Shown: piece by piece, positions 19,754 to 28,710 of the stretch | Position numbering within the stretch: the stretch's first letter is position 1 | Layout: each line of letters opens with the position of its first letter | NCBI GenBank assembly: GCA_035463715.1 | Contig: DATHSY010000073.1 | Span: 1-53,844, forward strand | DNA length: 53,844 nt | From: Actinomycetota bacterium | GTDB lineage: Bacteria; Actinomycetota; UBA4738; HRBIN12 | Direction: 5' to 3' | Program-made: the position numbers and the translations under genes | The notes under the pieces: model-generated | What the model was told of the DNA's origin: nothing | What the model saw: the letters and a program-made list of their open reading frames with translations, nothing else | Databases searched by the model: none

Positions 19754-20546
19754 CGAGGAACCGCAGGATCGCCGGGCTCACGATCTCGGGGAACTCCGCG
19801 TGCGGGTAGTGACCCGAGCCGGGGACGGTCAGCACCTCGCCCCCGAGCCGGCCCGAGACGAACCGCGCCTCCGCGACGGGATCCTTGAAGTCGGGATCCT
19901 TCTCGCCCATCACCACGAGCGTCGGCGCCGTCACATCGTCGAGCCGTGCCTCGGCCGGCGCGTGCGACGAATGCGTCGTCGCCACGAACGCGCGCCAGTG
20001 GCCGGGGCGCCTCAGGCTCTCGCGGATCCGCCTCCGGTGCTCCGCGAGGTCCGCAGGCGCACGCCCCGGGTACAGCCTCGCGTACCACGCGTTCCACGCC
20101 GCCGGGCCCCACGGCTTGAGCAGGGCAAGGCGGAACGCGAGCGTCGCTCCGAACCCCGCCGGCGCGTTCCGCACGAACGGGCCGATCAGCACGAGCGCGG
20201 ACACCAGGTCCGGTCGCTCGGCGGCCGCCCACACGGCGGCGCCGGCCCCCATCGAGTTCCCGACCAGAACCGCCGGTCCCCCGAGGTGCTCGACCAGCGC
20301 GAGGAGGTCCGTCCCGGCCGCCACGTCGTCGTACGCGTCGAACGTGGCATCGCTCTCGCCGTGACCGCGGAGGTCCATCGTCGCCACCCGGTATCCGGCC
20401 GCCACGAGCTCGGGGACGAGCGCCCGGTACGCCGAGCGCAGATCGCCCATCCCGGGCACGGCCACCACGAGCGGCCCGTCGCCCCGGACGTCGTACGCGA
20501 TCCGTCCGCCCGGGCGGTCCAGGAACAACGTCGTCGTTTGGGTCAT
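19719..20546 (-). CDS. alpha/beta-fold hydrolase
   Basis: Nucleophile elbow GNSMGAG and HG oxyanion region DLRGHGES. ATG at 20544-20546 follows GGAGGAG. An upstream ATG at 20561 is also in frame. Confidence 0.8.
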   Translation of the reverse strand: MTQTTTLFLDRPGGRIAYDVRGDGPLVVAVPGMGDLRSAYRALVPELVAAGYRVATMDLRGHGESDATFDAYDDVAAGTDLLALVEHLGGPAVLVGNSMGAGAAVWAAAERPDLVSALVLIGPFVRNAPAGFGATLAFRLALLKPWGPAAWNAWYARLYPGRAPADLAEHRRRIRESLRRPGHWRAFVATTHSSHAPAEARLDDVTAPTLVVMGEKDPDFKDPVAEARFVSGRLGGEVLTVPGSGHYPHAEFPEIVSPAILRFLDGIRVPRDARG

Positions 20547-20587
20547 CGGCTCCTCCACCATCTCCGCTCGCCTCCCTTGACGTTCTG

Positions 20588-20602
20588 GCTAATGGACTTA
20601 GC
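20588..20602. promoter_or_regulatory. inverted repeat GCTAA-N5-TTAGC, candidate TetR operator half of a pair
   Basis: Lies in the only clearly AT-richer stretch of the 20562-20714 divergent intergenic region. Related to the neighbouring 17-bp palindrome. Confidence 0.4.
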
Positions 20603-20618
20603 TTTCGAGCGGCACTAT

Positions 20619-20635
20619 AGCTAATGTCATTAGCT
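20619..20635. promoter_or_regulatory. perfect palindrome AGCTAATG-T-CATTAGCT, candidate TetR operator
   Basis: 8-bp arms with a 1-nt centre, upstream of the hydrolase-TetR operon and of the divergent small ORF. Confidence 0.5.
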
Positions 20636-20714
20636 TGTGTCGATCCGGCGTGGCCCGGCCGGGCACGGCGTGCGCCGCTTCAGTTCCAAGCCGCCGTTGC
20701 CGACGTCTTCCTCC

Positions 20715-21041
20715 ATGTCGCACGAGGGTCACGACTCGTTCGGCGGCCGGCGGTCGACCACGACCGAAGCGCTGCTCCGCGACGCTTGCGCCGCGGCCAG
20801 GGAGGAGTTCGAGCTTCACGAGCTGCTCGTCGGAAGCGACTGGCAGGACGAGGTCGCGCGCGAGATGCGCGACCGGGTCGCCCCGGAGTTCATCGCGCGT
20901 CGCCAGCAGACGGACGTCGGGGTCGTCCGGCAGGCGACCGATGCCGCCGAGCAGCGGGCCGCCCGGCAGGGAGCCGGCTGGGTCGACCTCCGCGCGTACC
21001 AGCTCCTGCTCGATCTGGTGCGGACGGGCGCACGGGCCTAG
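20715..21041 (+). CDS. hypothetical protein (108 aa)
   Basis: ATG at 20715 within ORF 20637..21041. GC-rich third positions throughout. MSHEGHDSFGGRRSTTTEALLRD...; no motif recognised. The 3' end overlaps the rdgB stop by 4 nt (convergent). Confidence 0.5.
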   Translation: MSHEGHDSFGGRRSTTTEALLRDACAAAREEFELHELLVGSDWQDEVAREMRDRVAPEFIARRQQTDVGVVRQATDAAEQRAARQGAGWVDLRAYQLLLDLVRTGARA

Positions 21042-21646
21042 CCTGACGGCTCGGCCAGGGCCGCGCGGAGCGCCCGGAACGCGCGCCCGCGGTGGCTGAT
21101 CCGGTCCTTCTCCTCGGGAGCGAGCTCGGCCATCGTCCGGTCCCATCCCTCGGGGACGAAGATCGGGTCGTAGCCGAACCCCCCGCTCCCCCTCGGCGTC
21201 CCGATCAGCGTGCCCTCGCAGATGCCCTCGGCAGAGTGCAGTTCGCCTTTCGGGGTGGCGAACGCCGCCACGCACCGGTAGCGCGCGGTCCGGCCGGACC
21301 CCGGGATGCCGGCCAGCGCGCGGATCAGCGTCCGAAAGTTCTCCTGGTCGGTCGCGTCCTCGCCCGCGTAGCGGGCGGACCGCGGACCCGGCGCGCCGCC
21401 GAGCGCGTCGACCTCGATCCCCGAGTCATCGGCGAGCGCCGGGACTCCGGTGGCTGCGGCGACCGCACGCGCCTTGATCGCGGCATTCTCAAGGTACGTC
21501 TGCCCCGTCTCCTCGACGTCATTCCACGCGTCGGGCTCGTCGGCCGCCGTGAGCCACTCGACCGGCCAGTCGGCGCAGATCGCAAGGATCTCGCGGATCT
21601 TGCCGGGGTTGCGCGACGCGATGGCCAGCCGCGCGGGGAACGTCAC
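21038..21646 (-). CDS. rdgB: non-canonical purine NTP pyrophosphatase (RdgB/HAM1 family)
   Basis: ASRNPGKIREI..., DDSGIEVDALGGAPGPRSARYAG, GGFGYDPIF, ISHRGRA. The GTG start overlaps the rph stop (GTGA). Confidence 0.9.
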   Translation of the reverse strand: MTFPARLAIASRNPGKIREILAICADWPVEWLTAADEPDAWNDVEETGQTYLENAAIKARAVAAATGVPALADDSGIEVDALGGAPGPRSARYAGEDATDQENFRTLIRALAGIPGSGRTARYRCVAAFATPKGELHSAEGICEGTLIGTPRGSGGFGYDPIFVPEGWDRTMAELAPEEKDRISHRGRAFRALRAALAEPSG

Positions 21647-22380
21647 CCGCCGAGCACCTGCCGTTGGAAATCCGTCAGCTTCGCGATGCCGGCCTCGGCG
21701 AGGTCGACGAGCGCGGTGAGCTCGTCACGCGAGAACGCCTCCCCCTCTGCGGTCCCCTGGATCTCGACCAGACGCCCGACGCCCGTCATCACGACGTTGA
21801 AGTCGACGTCGGCGTTCGCGTCCTCCTCGTAGGACAGGTCGAGCACCGGCTCGCCACCGACGAGGCCGGCGCTCACCGCGGCGACGCTGTCGGTCAGGAC
21901 GTCGCCGCCGACGAGGCCGCGGTCGTGCAGGGCACGCACGGCGAGCGCGAGAGCGAGGTAGCCGGCCGTGATCGATGCGGTCCGCGTTCCCGCGTCCGCC
22001 TGCAGGACGTCGCAGTCGACCCAGATCGTGCACTCACCGAGCTTCTCCAGATCCGTCACCGCGCGCAGCGAGCGGCCGATCAGCCGTTGGATCTCCTGCG
22101 AGCGGCCCGACGGCCGCCCCTTGGAGACCTCGCGTGCCGTTCGCTCGGCGGTCGAGCGCGGCAGCATCGAGTACTCGGCGGTCACCCACCCGCGGCCCGT
22201 CCCGGAAAGGAACCGCGGCGCGCGGTCCTCGTACGACGCGGCGACCAGGACCTTGGTGCGGCCCATCTCGAGCAACACCGAACCCTCGGCCCACTCCTGG
22301 AACCCGAGCTCGACCTTGACCGGCCGGAGGTCCGCCGGCCCGCGGCCGTCGGGGCGCTCGCTCAACGGGAAACCTCGCAC
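21643..22380 (-). CDS. rph: ribonuclease PH
   Basis: RPDGRGPADLRPV..., GWVTAEYSMLPRST..., DCDVLQADAGTRTASITG-like. Start is either GTG at 22380 or TTG at 22365; the latter overlaps the upstream stop as TTGA. Confidence 0.9.
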   Translation of the reverse strand: MRGFPLSERPDGRGPADLRPVKVELGFQEWAEGSVLLEMGRTKVLVAASYEDRAPRFLSGTGRGWVTAEYSMLPRSTAERTAREVSKGRPSGRSQEIQRLIGRSLRAVTDLEKLGECTIWVDCDVLQADAGTRTASITAGYLALALAVRALHDRGLVGGDVLTDSVAAVSAGLVGGEPVLDLSYEEDANADVDFNVVMTGVGRLVEIQGTAEGEAFSRDELTALVDLAEAGIAKLTDFQRQVLGG

Positions 22381-23114
22381 CGCATGCCGTCGACCGCGAC
22401 GAGCACCGGCCCGTCGAACACCTCGGCCGCCTGCGCGCGCGAGACCTCACGGTCGCGGCCGGGGAGGATGTGCGTGAGCATCAACGAACCGACAGCGGCG
22501 GCCTTCGCGATCTCGCCCGCCTGACGAGCGGACAGGTGGAACCCGTGCAGGTCGTCGTCGTCCTGCCACGTCGCCTCGCACAGGAACAGGTCGGTGTCGC
22601 GTGCGAGGTCGTTCACCCCGTCCGCGGGACCGGTGTCACCCGTGTACGCGAGCGTGCTGCCGTTCGACTCGATCCGGAACCCGATCGCCGGCAGTCCGAG
22701 ATGCGCCATCTCGTACGTCGACACGCGGAGCGGACCGACATCGAACTCCTCCTCGGCGTCGACCTCGTGCACATCGAACGCGTCGGCGAACGCCGCGGCG
22801 CTCTCGATCGATAGGAGCCCGAGCAACCGGCTGCCGAACCCGCGCGGGATGTACAGCGGGAGCCCGTCCGCGCCGAGCCCCCCGTAGTGCCGCGCGTAGA
22901 ACAGCGGATACACGTCGACCATGTGGTCGGCGTGCTCGTGCGTAAGGAACATCGCGTGCACGTCGCCGATCTCGATGTGCTGCTGCAGGTTGGCCATCGT
23001 GCCGGAGCCGGCGTCCATCCACAGGTTGAAGCCCTGCTCGCGGATCAGGTAGCCGCTGAGCGCGGTCCCCTCGTCGGGCCACGAGCCGCTCGCGCCGAGA
23101 ACCGTCAGTTCCAC
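22362..23114 (-). CDS. MBL-fold metallo-hydrolase (positional equivalent of mycobacterial Rv1339)
   Basis: HEHADH metal motif (FLTHEHADHMVD), GDTG and THILP motifs. GTG start at 23112-23114. Confidence 0.85.
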   Translation of the reverse strand: MELTVLGASGSWPDEGTALSGYLIREQGFNLWMDAGSGTMANLQQHIEIGDVHAMFLTHEHADHMVDVYPLFYARHYGGLGADGLPLYIPRGFGSRLLGLLSIESAAAFADAFDVHEVDAEEEFDVGPLRVSTYEMAHLGLPAIGFRIESNGSTLAYTGDTGPADGVNDLARDTDLFLCEATWQDDDDLHGFHLSARQAGEIAKAAAVGSLMLTHILPGRDREVSRAQAAEVFDGPVLVAVDGMRCEVSR

Positions 23115-23932
23115 GAGGCCTCCTTCACGACGTCGACGTGGATGGCGCCGACGCCCTCGACGTCGGGACCGAGGAAGTGGTGCGCGAGCGCGCGGAACGA
23201 CCCCGGGTCGCCCGTTGACAGGAACTCGTGGGACGGCTCGCCCGTGGCCGCCCGGAACAGGTCGAGGCGCATCAGCGTCGCGTAGACGTCCTTCGCGGTC
23301 TCCTCCGCGGAGGACACCAGCACGACGTCATCGCCCATCACGTACTGGATCAGCCCCGACAGCATGGGGTAGTGGGTGCATCCCAGGATCAGCGTGTCGA
23401 CCCCCTCGTCGAGCAGCGGCTCAAGATACCCTCGCGCGAGCCCCAGGAGCTCGTCGCTCGAGGTGTCACCTCGCTCGACGTGCTCGACGAAGGTCGGGCA
23501 CGCCCTCGAGGACAGCACCACGTCGGCACCGGTGGCGGCAACCGCGCGGTCGTACGCGCCGCTGAGGACGGTCGCCTGTGTGCCGATCAACCCCACCTTG
23601 CCGTTGCGCGTCGCGTGGACGGCGGCGCGGACCCCGGGATCGATCACGCCGACGACCGGTAGCGCGCCCGCGTCGGCGACGTCGCGGATCGCGGCCACCT
23701 CGATCGAGTTGCACGCCACCACGAGCATCTTCACGCCGCGTGATGCGAGGTGCGCGGCGATCTCCATGGCGAACGTCCGGATCTCCTCGAGCGGGCGTGG
23801 ACCGTACGGGAACCGCGCCTGGTCGCCGACGTAGATCACCGGCTCGTGCGGAAGCAGGTCGAGCATCGCGCGGACGACCGTCAGCCCGCCGACGCCGGAG
23901 TCGAACACGCCGATCGGCCGGTCATCCGGCAC
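23105..23932 (-). CDS. murI: glutamate racemase
   Basis: IGVFDSGVGGLTV, VVACNSIE, LGCTHYP catalytic Cys motifs. GTG start at 23930-23932. Confidence 0.92.
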   Translation of the reverse strand: MPDDRPIGVFDSGVGGLTVVRAMLDLLPHEPVIYVGDQARFPYGPRPLEEIRTFAMEIAAHLASRGVKMLVVACNSIEVAAIRDVADAGALPVVGVIDPGVRAAVHATRNGKVGLIGTQATVLSGAYDRAVAATGADVVLSSRACPTFVEHVERGDTSSDELLGLARGYLEPLLDEGVDTLILGCTHYPMLSGLIQYVMGDDVVLVSSAEETAKDVYATLMRLDLFRAATGEPSHEFLSTGDPGSFRALAHHFLGPDVEGVGAIHVDVVKEASWN

Positions 23933-23935
23933 GCG

Positions 23936-24868
23936 CTACCACCACAGGGTCTCCGAGACGCGTTTCTCCGCGCGCTCGAGCTCGGCCGCCCACGCCTCGG
24001 TGGACAGGTACTTCCAACCACCGTCGGCGAGCAGGCACACGATGTCGCCGCCGTCGATCCGCTCGGCGATCCGCTGTGCGACGTGCACGACCGCACCCGA
24101 CGAGATCCCCGCGAAGATCCCCTCGCGTTCGGTCAGCTCGCGCGTCGAGCGCACCGAGTCCGACGAGCTCACGAGGAACTTCGCGTCGAGGACGTTCTCG
24201 TCGAGGATCGGCGGGACGAACCCCTCGTCGAGCGAACGCAGCCCGTAGACGAGGTCGCCCAGCTCGGGCTCGGCGGCGACGATCTGCACGTCGGCGTTGT
24301 GCTCGTGGAGGCGACGCCCGACGCCGGTGAGCGATCCACCGGTCCCGAGCCCGGCGACGAAGTGCGTCACCTCGGGAAGGTCCGCGACGATCTCGGCGCC
24401 GGTCCCCTCGTAGTGCGCGTTCGGGTTCGCGGGGTTGCCGTACTGGAACGGCATGAAGTACCGGTCGTCGCGCGCGAGCGCCCGGGCCACCTCGATCGAG
24501 CCGTTGGTCCCCTTCTCGCCCGGCGAGTACACGATCTCCGCCCCGAACAGCTCGAGCAGGCGGATCCGTTCCTCACTCGCGTTGTCTGGGATCACGACGG
24601 TGAGCCGGTAACCCTTGCGCCGGGCGACCATCGCGAGCGCGATCCCGGTGTTGCCCGACGTCGGCTCGAGGATCACCCTGCCGGGCCGGAGCTCGCCCGA
24701 CGCCTCCGCCGCCTCGATCATCGCCTTCGCGATCCGGTCCTTCGTCGAGCCCGTCGGGTTCTGCCCTTCGAGCTTGGCCCACAGCCTCACGCCCGGCCTC
24801 GGCGACATCGAAGGCATGCCGACGAGCGGCGTGTTCCCGATCGCCTCGAGCACGTCGTGGTAACGCAT
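23936..24868 (-). CDS. cysM: PLP-dependent cysteine synthase (CysM/CysK family; CysO-dependent type inferred from synteny)
   Basis: NPTGSTKDRIA (PLP lysine), SGNTGIALA, GLGTGGSLTG motifs. ATG at 24866-24868. Confidence 0.88.
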   Translation of the reverse strand: MRYHDVLEAIGNTPLVGMPSMSPRPGVRLWAKLEGQNPTGSTKDRIAKAMIEAAEASGELRPGRVILEPTSGNTGIALAMVARRKGYRLTVVIPDNASEERIRLLELFGAEIVYSPGEKGTNGSIEVARALARDDRYFMPFQYGNPANPNAHYEGTGAEIVADLPEVTHFVAGLGTGGSLTGVGRRLHEHNADVQIVAAEPELGDLVYGLRSLDEGFVPPILDENVLDAKFLVSSSDSVRSTRELTEREGIFAGISSGAVVHVAQRIAERIDGGDIVCLLADGGWKYLSTEAWAAELERAEKRVSETLWW

Positions 24869-24937
24869 GGACCTGCGATTATCCCAGCGCGGGACGCGGC
24901 GACGGGCCTCAGCCCTGCCGGCGCGGCTGGTTGGCGC

Positions 24938-26239
24938 TCAGGTCGCGAGGAAGCGGGCGAGCGCGAACCGGCCGTCGATGTTGATGTCGCTCGTGGTCCC
25001 GACGACCACGATCGCGCCGTCGGGTTGGACGGTGAGGCCGTACCCGACGCTGTCGAACCCCGGGAACGGAGCCGACGCGGTTCCCCCATCCCCGAATCGA
25101 CGAACGCGTCTACCGTCCGCGTCGAACCGGACGGTGTCGAAGCTCCACGGTTCGTACCTGAATGGTCCCGTGACGACGATCCCGCCGTCGGCGAGTATCC
25201 CGACCCCGGACGCCGACGCAGGGGTCTCGACGATGCCGTCGTCCGAGAACGATCCGTCCAGGACGCCGTCCGGCCGGAACCGCATGAGCAGCCTCCCGGC
25301 GCCCACGACGATCGCGCCGTCGGACGCCACCGCCATGTCGACACGCGAGTGGTCCCGCACCGGGACGAGCACGGAACCGGCAGAGCCAAACGCAGCGTCA
25401 GCGGTGCCGTCGGAGAGGAACCTCGCCACGACGAGGTTGCACGCCGAGGCGTCGCACGCCACCCCGGCGACGAGGATGCGTCCGCGGCGAAGGATATGGA
25501 TCGCCGACGCGGATGATTCGACGGTCCGGTCCAGGAAGTGCGCGCGGACCTTGCCTTCTGAGCCGAACGTCGGATCGAGGACGCCGTCGATCCCGTAGCG
25601 AGCCATCGCGAACGCCCGACCCGCCAAGCCGGCCGCGACGACCTTGCCGTCGTCCTGCACGGCGACCGCGTAGGCGGCCGCCCTCGCCTGCCCGAAGCTC
25701 GTCCGCACCCTCCCGTTCCCGGTGAACGTGCGATCGAGGTCGCCGTCTTCTGAGTACCGCGCAAGCGCGAACGACGCGCCCGGATCCGTGTCCCTCGATC
25801 CCCCCGGCCCCTTGGCGGACGAGCCGGCGGCGACGACCGAGCCGTCGGCGTCGAACGCCATCGCGAACGCAGCCGACGGATGCGCGAACCTCGTCAGCAC
25901 CCGACCCACCCGGCCGAACGACGTATCCGATGCGCCGCTCGCGAACTGCCTGACGACGGCGAACGTGGTGTGGGCGCGTTGACGTGCGCCGACCGCGACG
26001 ATTCGTCCGTCGGAACGCACCTCGACGTCGTACAGGCGGCCCGCATACCCACCGAGACACCCGAAGGACTCGTCTTCCCAGACCGAGCAGCCCGCGATCA
26101 CCATCCCGCCCTCGCCGAATGCGGGATCGAGATCGCCGGAAGCGGCCCAGGCCGGAACGGGACGGGCCGAAACGGACAGCAGCGTCGACGTCAGGGCGGC
26201 CGCGATCCAGATCGCTCGACGCGTTCGTCGGATCGCCAT
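24938..26239 (-). CDS. secreted repeat protein (delta-60-type repeats, beta-propeller-like)
   Basis: ATG at 26237-26239. Signal MAIRRTRRAIWIAAALTSTLLSVSARPVPAWA. Reiterated ...ARY..DG.LD..FG..G... units (ALARYSEDGDLDRTFTGNG, AMARYGIDGVLDPTFGSEG, VVARFLSDGTADAAFGSAG, LMRFRPDGVLDGSFSDDG, ALARF). 433 aa. Confidence 0.75.
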   Translation of the reverse strand: MAIRRTRRAIWIAAALTSTLLSVSARPVPAWAASGDLDPAFGEGGMVIAGCSVWEDESFGCLGGYAGRLYDVEVRSDGRIVAVGARQRAHTTFAVVRQFASGASDTSFGRVGRVLTRFAHPSAAFAMAFDADGSVVAAGSSAKGPGGSRDTDPGASFALARYSEDGDLDRTFTGNGRVRTSFGQARAAAYAVAVQDDGKVVAAGLAGRAFAMARYGIDGVLDPTFGSEGKVRAHFLDRTVESSASAIHILRRGRILVAGVACDASACNLVVARFLSDGTADAAFGSAGSVLVPVRDHSRVDMAVASDGAIVVGAGRLLMRFRPDGVLDGSFSDDGIVETPASASGVGILADGGIVVTGPFRYEPWSFDTVRFDADGRRVRRFGDGGTASAPFPGFDSVGYGLTVQPDGAIVVVGTTSDINIDGRFALARFLAT

Positions 26240-26327
26240 CGGCCGTACCCCTGCGGCGTGTCCACGCGACGATACGCGCCGTCGCGGCCGAGTCACACTC
26301 GGATGACGTCGTTCCGCGACGTTACGT

Positions 26328-26348
26328 GGCGGCCGCCCGGCGGCCGCC
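26328..26348 (-). terminator. GC-rich palindrome immediately downstream of the XRE-cupin regulator stop
   Basis: GGCGGCCGCC-C-GGCGGCCGCC, 10-bp arms, beginning 8 nt past the stop at 26356. No clear U-tract. Confidence 0.35.
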
Positions 26349-26355
26349 GGCAACC

Positions 26356-26979
26356 TCAGTGGTCCTGCCGTCCGACCACGAACCAGATCGCGTGGACGGG
26401 GGCGTCGCCCTTGTTGAACAGCCGGTGCGGGATCGTCGAATCGAACGCGATCGAGTCGCCCGGGTTGAGCTCGTGCTCGTCGAACCCGATCTGGATCCCG
26501 AGCGTGCCGCTGATCACGTAGCCGTACTCGCGACCGTGGTGGCGCATCAACGACCGGTCGGGCGTCGACGCGCCTCCGACGCCGTAGGTCGCGAGCAGGA
26601 AGTCGATCCCGTCCTCGCGCTCGGCGGTCAGCTCCTCCCAACGGACGCCGGAGTCGAGGTCGATCGCCGCCCTGGTGTCCGGGTGCACCACGGGTGAGCC
26701 GTCGGAGCCCGTGTCCGATGCCGACGCGAGGGGTTCATCGTCGTCGCCACCCCTGATCACCCGGTCGATCGACACGCCGAGCTCGGTGACGATCGAGTAC
26801 AACGTGCCGACGGACGGCCTGGATTGACCGCTCTCGAGCTGCGAGATCAGGCTCGCGGACAGCCCGATCCGGCGCGCGAGCTCCCTCTGGCTGATGCCGG
26901 ACCGGACACGCTCCTCGCGCAGGCGCGCGCCGATCCCGTCGAGCGCCTCCGGGTCGCCCTGCGCCGACTCGCGTCTCAC
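26356..26979 (-). CDS. XRE-family HTH regulator with C-terminal cupin sensor domain (PuuR-like architecture)
   Basis: HTH_3 segment LREERVRSGISQRELARRIGLSASLISQLESGQSRPS and a C-terminal cupin (HHGREYGYVISG...PHRLFN). The GTG start overlaps the SDR stop (GTGA). Confidence 0.85.
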   Translation of the reverse strand: MRRESAQGDPEALDGIGARLREERVRSGISQRELARRIGLSASLISQLESGQSRPSVGTLYSIVTELGVSIDRVIRGGDDDEPLASASDTGSDGSPVVHPDTRAAIDLDSGVRWEELTAEREDGIDFLLATYGVGGASTPDRSLMRHHGREYGYVISGTLGIQIGFDEHELNPGDSIAFDSTIPHRLFNKGDAPVHAIWFVVGRQDH

Positions 26980-27668
26980 ACCAGGATCCAGCCGCCGTCG
27001 ACGTACAGGTTCACGCCGTTCACGGCGCGGTTCTCGAGGAGGAACACCGTCGCGTCGACGACGTCGGCCATCGTCGTGAGGCGCCCTGTCGGCGTCCGTG
27101 CGATCACCGCGTCCAGCGGCTTGCCGGACCAGAACGGGCTGTCGCCGACGATGCCGGGATGGATCGCGTTGACCCGGATCGGCGCGAGCTCGATCGCGAG
27201 CGTCCGGATGAGGCTGCTGACGCCGCCGTTGACCGTGGTCACCGTCGTCGATCCGGGATACGGGCGATCCTTCGCGCGACCGCCGTAGAGCACCACCGAC
27301 GACTCCTCGGACAGCCGGTCGAGCAAGGCATGGATCGTCGCCGGGTAGCCGACGAGCTTCATCGTGGTCAGGGCGACGGCCTTGTCGACGTCGTACTCGC
27401 GAACCGAGTTGTTGTCCCGGGCGATCGCCGCGAGGACGAGGCGCGACACCGGTCCGACGTCGGTGAGCGCGTCGGCGATCGTCTCCGGCCGGCCCAGGTC
27501 GAAGCCCAGACCGACGACGTCCCGACCGATCTCGGCCGCGACGGCGGTCGCTCGGTCGTGGTCGCGGCCCGTCACGATCACCTGCGCGCCGAGCTTGTCG
27601 TAGTGGACCGCGAGCTCACGCCCGATCCCGGCCGTGCCTCCGACGATCAGGACCGACCCCTCAGGCAT
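26976..27668 (-). CDS. short-chain dehydrogenase/reductase (SDR)
   Basis: Lies within ORF 26976..28433. ATG at 27666-27668. Cofactor motif VGGTAGIGRE. ...NAIHPGIV... 230 aa. Confidence 0.8.
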   Translation of the reverse strand: MPEGSVLIVGGTAGIGRELAVHYDKLGAQVIVTGRDHDRATAVAAEIGRDVVGLGFDLGRPETIADALTDVGPVSRLVLAAIARDNNSVREYDVDKAVALTTMKLVGYPATIHALLDRLSEESSVVLYGGRAKDRPYPGSTTVTTVNGGVSSLIRTLAIELAPIRVNAIHPGIVGDSPFWSGKPLDAVIARTPTGRLTTMADVVDATVFLLENRAVNGVNLYVDGGWILV

Positions 27669-27695
27669 CAGCGACCCAACCCCCTCGCTCGGCGA

Positions 27696-27814
27696 CCGCA
27701 GCGACACTACTCGACGAGGGCCGCGGTGTATAGCGTCGCTGAGCGGCCAGACGCTCGCCCGGAACGGCCGGTGTCTAGCCAAGGTCCCGGCATCTGTGTA
27801 GTGTCGCTGAACGG
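27696..27814. promoter_or_regulatory. divergent control region with three copies of a TAG(T/C)GTCGCTG motif
   Basis: CAGCGACACTAC (27699-27710) is the exact reverse complement of GTAGTGTCGCTG (27798-27809). A third copy, TAGCGTCGCTG, lies at 27731-27741. Each copy contains a TANNNT -10-like hexamer. Confidence 0.5.
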
Positions 27815-28710
27815 TGTTGGAGGGGACGCCTACCACGGTTGCCGTCGTCGGCACCGGCCGCATGGGCAGCGCGATGGCCGGGACGATCGGCCGAGCCGGC
27901 TTCGGGCTGGTGCTCTGGAACCGCGAGCCCTCGAAGTCGGAGCGCCTCGCCGCCGACCTGGGCGCGAGCATCGCGGCCTCGCCCGCCGAGGCCGCGTCGA
28001 AGGCCGACATGGTCCTGTCGAGCCTCGCCGACGACGCTGCCGTCGAGCACGTGTACATGGGCCCCGACGGCGTCGTGGAGGGCATCCCGCCGGGTGTCGT
28101 CGCCGTCGACACCAGCACCATCGATCCCCGCACGGTCGAGTCGGTCGGCGGTGCGGTCGAGGCAGCCGGCGCGAGCTTCCTCGACTGCCCCGTCTCGGGC
28201 AGCGTGAGCGTCGTCGAGGCGGGCGCGCTCACGATCATGGCGGGCGGCGAGGCGAGCGTGATCGATCGCGTTCGTCCCGTGCTGGACGCGATGGCATCGC
28301 GCGTCGTGCACATCGGCGGCCGCGGCGCGGGGTCGGCGATGAAGCTCGCCGTGAACAACCTCGTGCATGGGCTCAACGTCGCCCTCTCGGAGGCGATCGT
28401 CCTGGCCGAACGCGCCGGCGTCCCACGGACCACGGCGTACGAGGTCTTCGCTAACGGTGCCGGTGGCGCGCCGTTCGTGAACTACAAACGCGAGTCGTTC
28501 GAGCATCCCGAGACGGCGCCCGTGGCCTTCAGCCTGGACCTGGTCGCGAAGGACTACGAGCTGATCCTCGGGCTCGGCGGGCGGGTCGGGGTGCCGATGG
28601 AGCAGGCGGCCGCGTCGCAGGAGATCGTCCGCCGCGCGATCGCGAACGGCTACGGCGACCGCGACCTGAGCGCGATCGCCGTGTTCCTGCGGGGAGGCGA
28701 CGTCGGATGA
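27814..28710 (+). CDS. NAD(P)-dependent 3-hydroxyisobutyrate/tartronate-semialdehyde reductase-family oxidoreductase
   Basis: Rossmann VAVVGTGRMGSAMA and the family core ...DCPVSGSV..., ...GRGAGSAMKLAVN... The GTG at 27814 (or TTG at 27817) has no RBS, so the transcript may be leaderless. Confidence 0.8.
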   Translation: MLEGTPTTVAVVGTGRMGSAMAGTIGRAGFGLVLWNREPSKSERLAADLGASIAASPAEAASKADMVLSSLADDAAVEHVYMGPDGVVEGIPPGVVAVDTSTIDPRTVESVGGAVEAAGASFLDCPVSGSVSVVEAGALTIMAGGEASVIDRVRPVLDAMASRVVHIGGRGAGSAMKLAVNNLVHGLNVALSEAIVLAERAGVPRTTAYEVFANGAGGAPFVNYKRESFEHPETAPVAFSLDLVAKDYELILGLGGRVGVPMEQAAASQEIVRRAIANGYGDRDLSAIAVFLRGGDVG

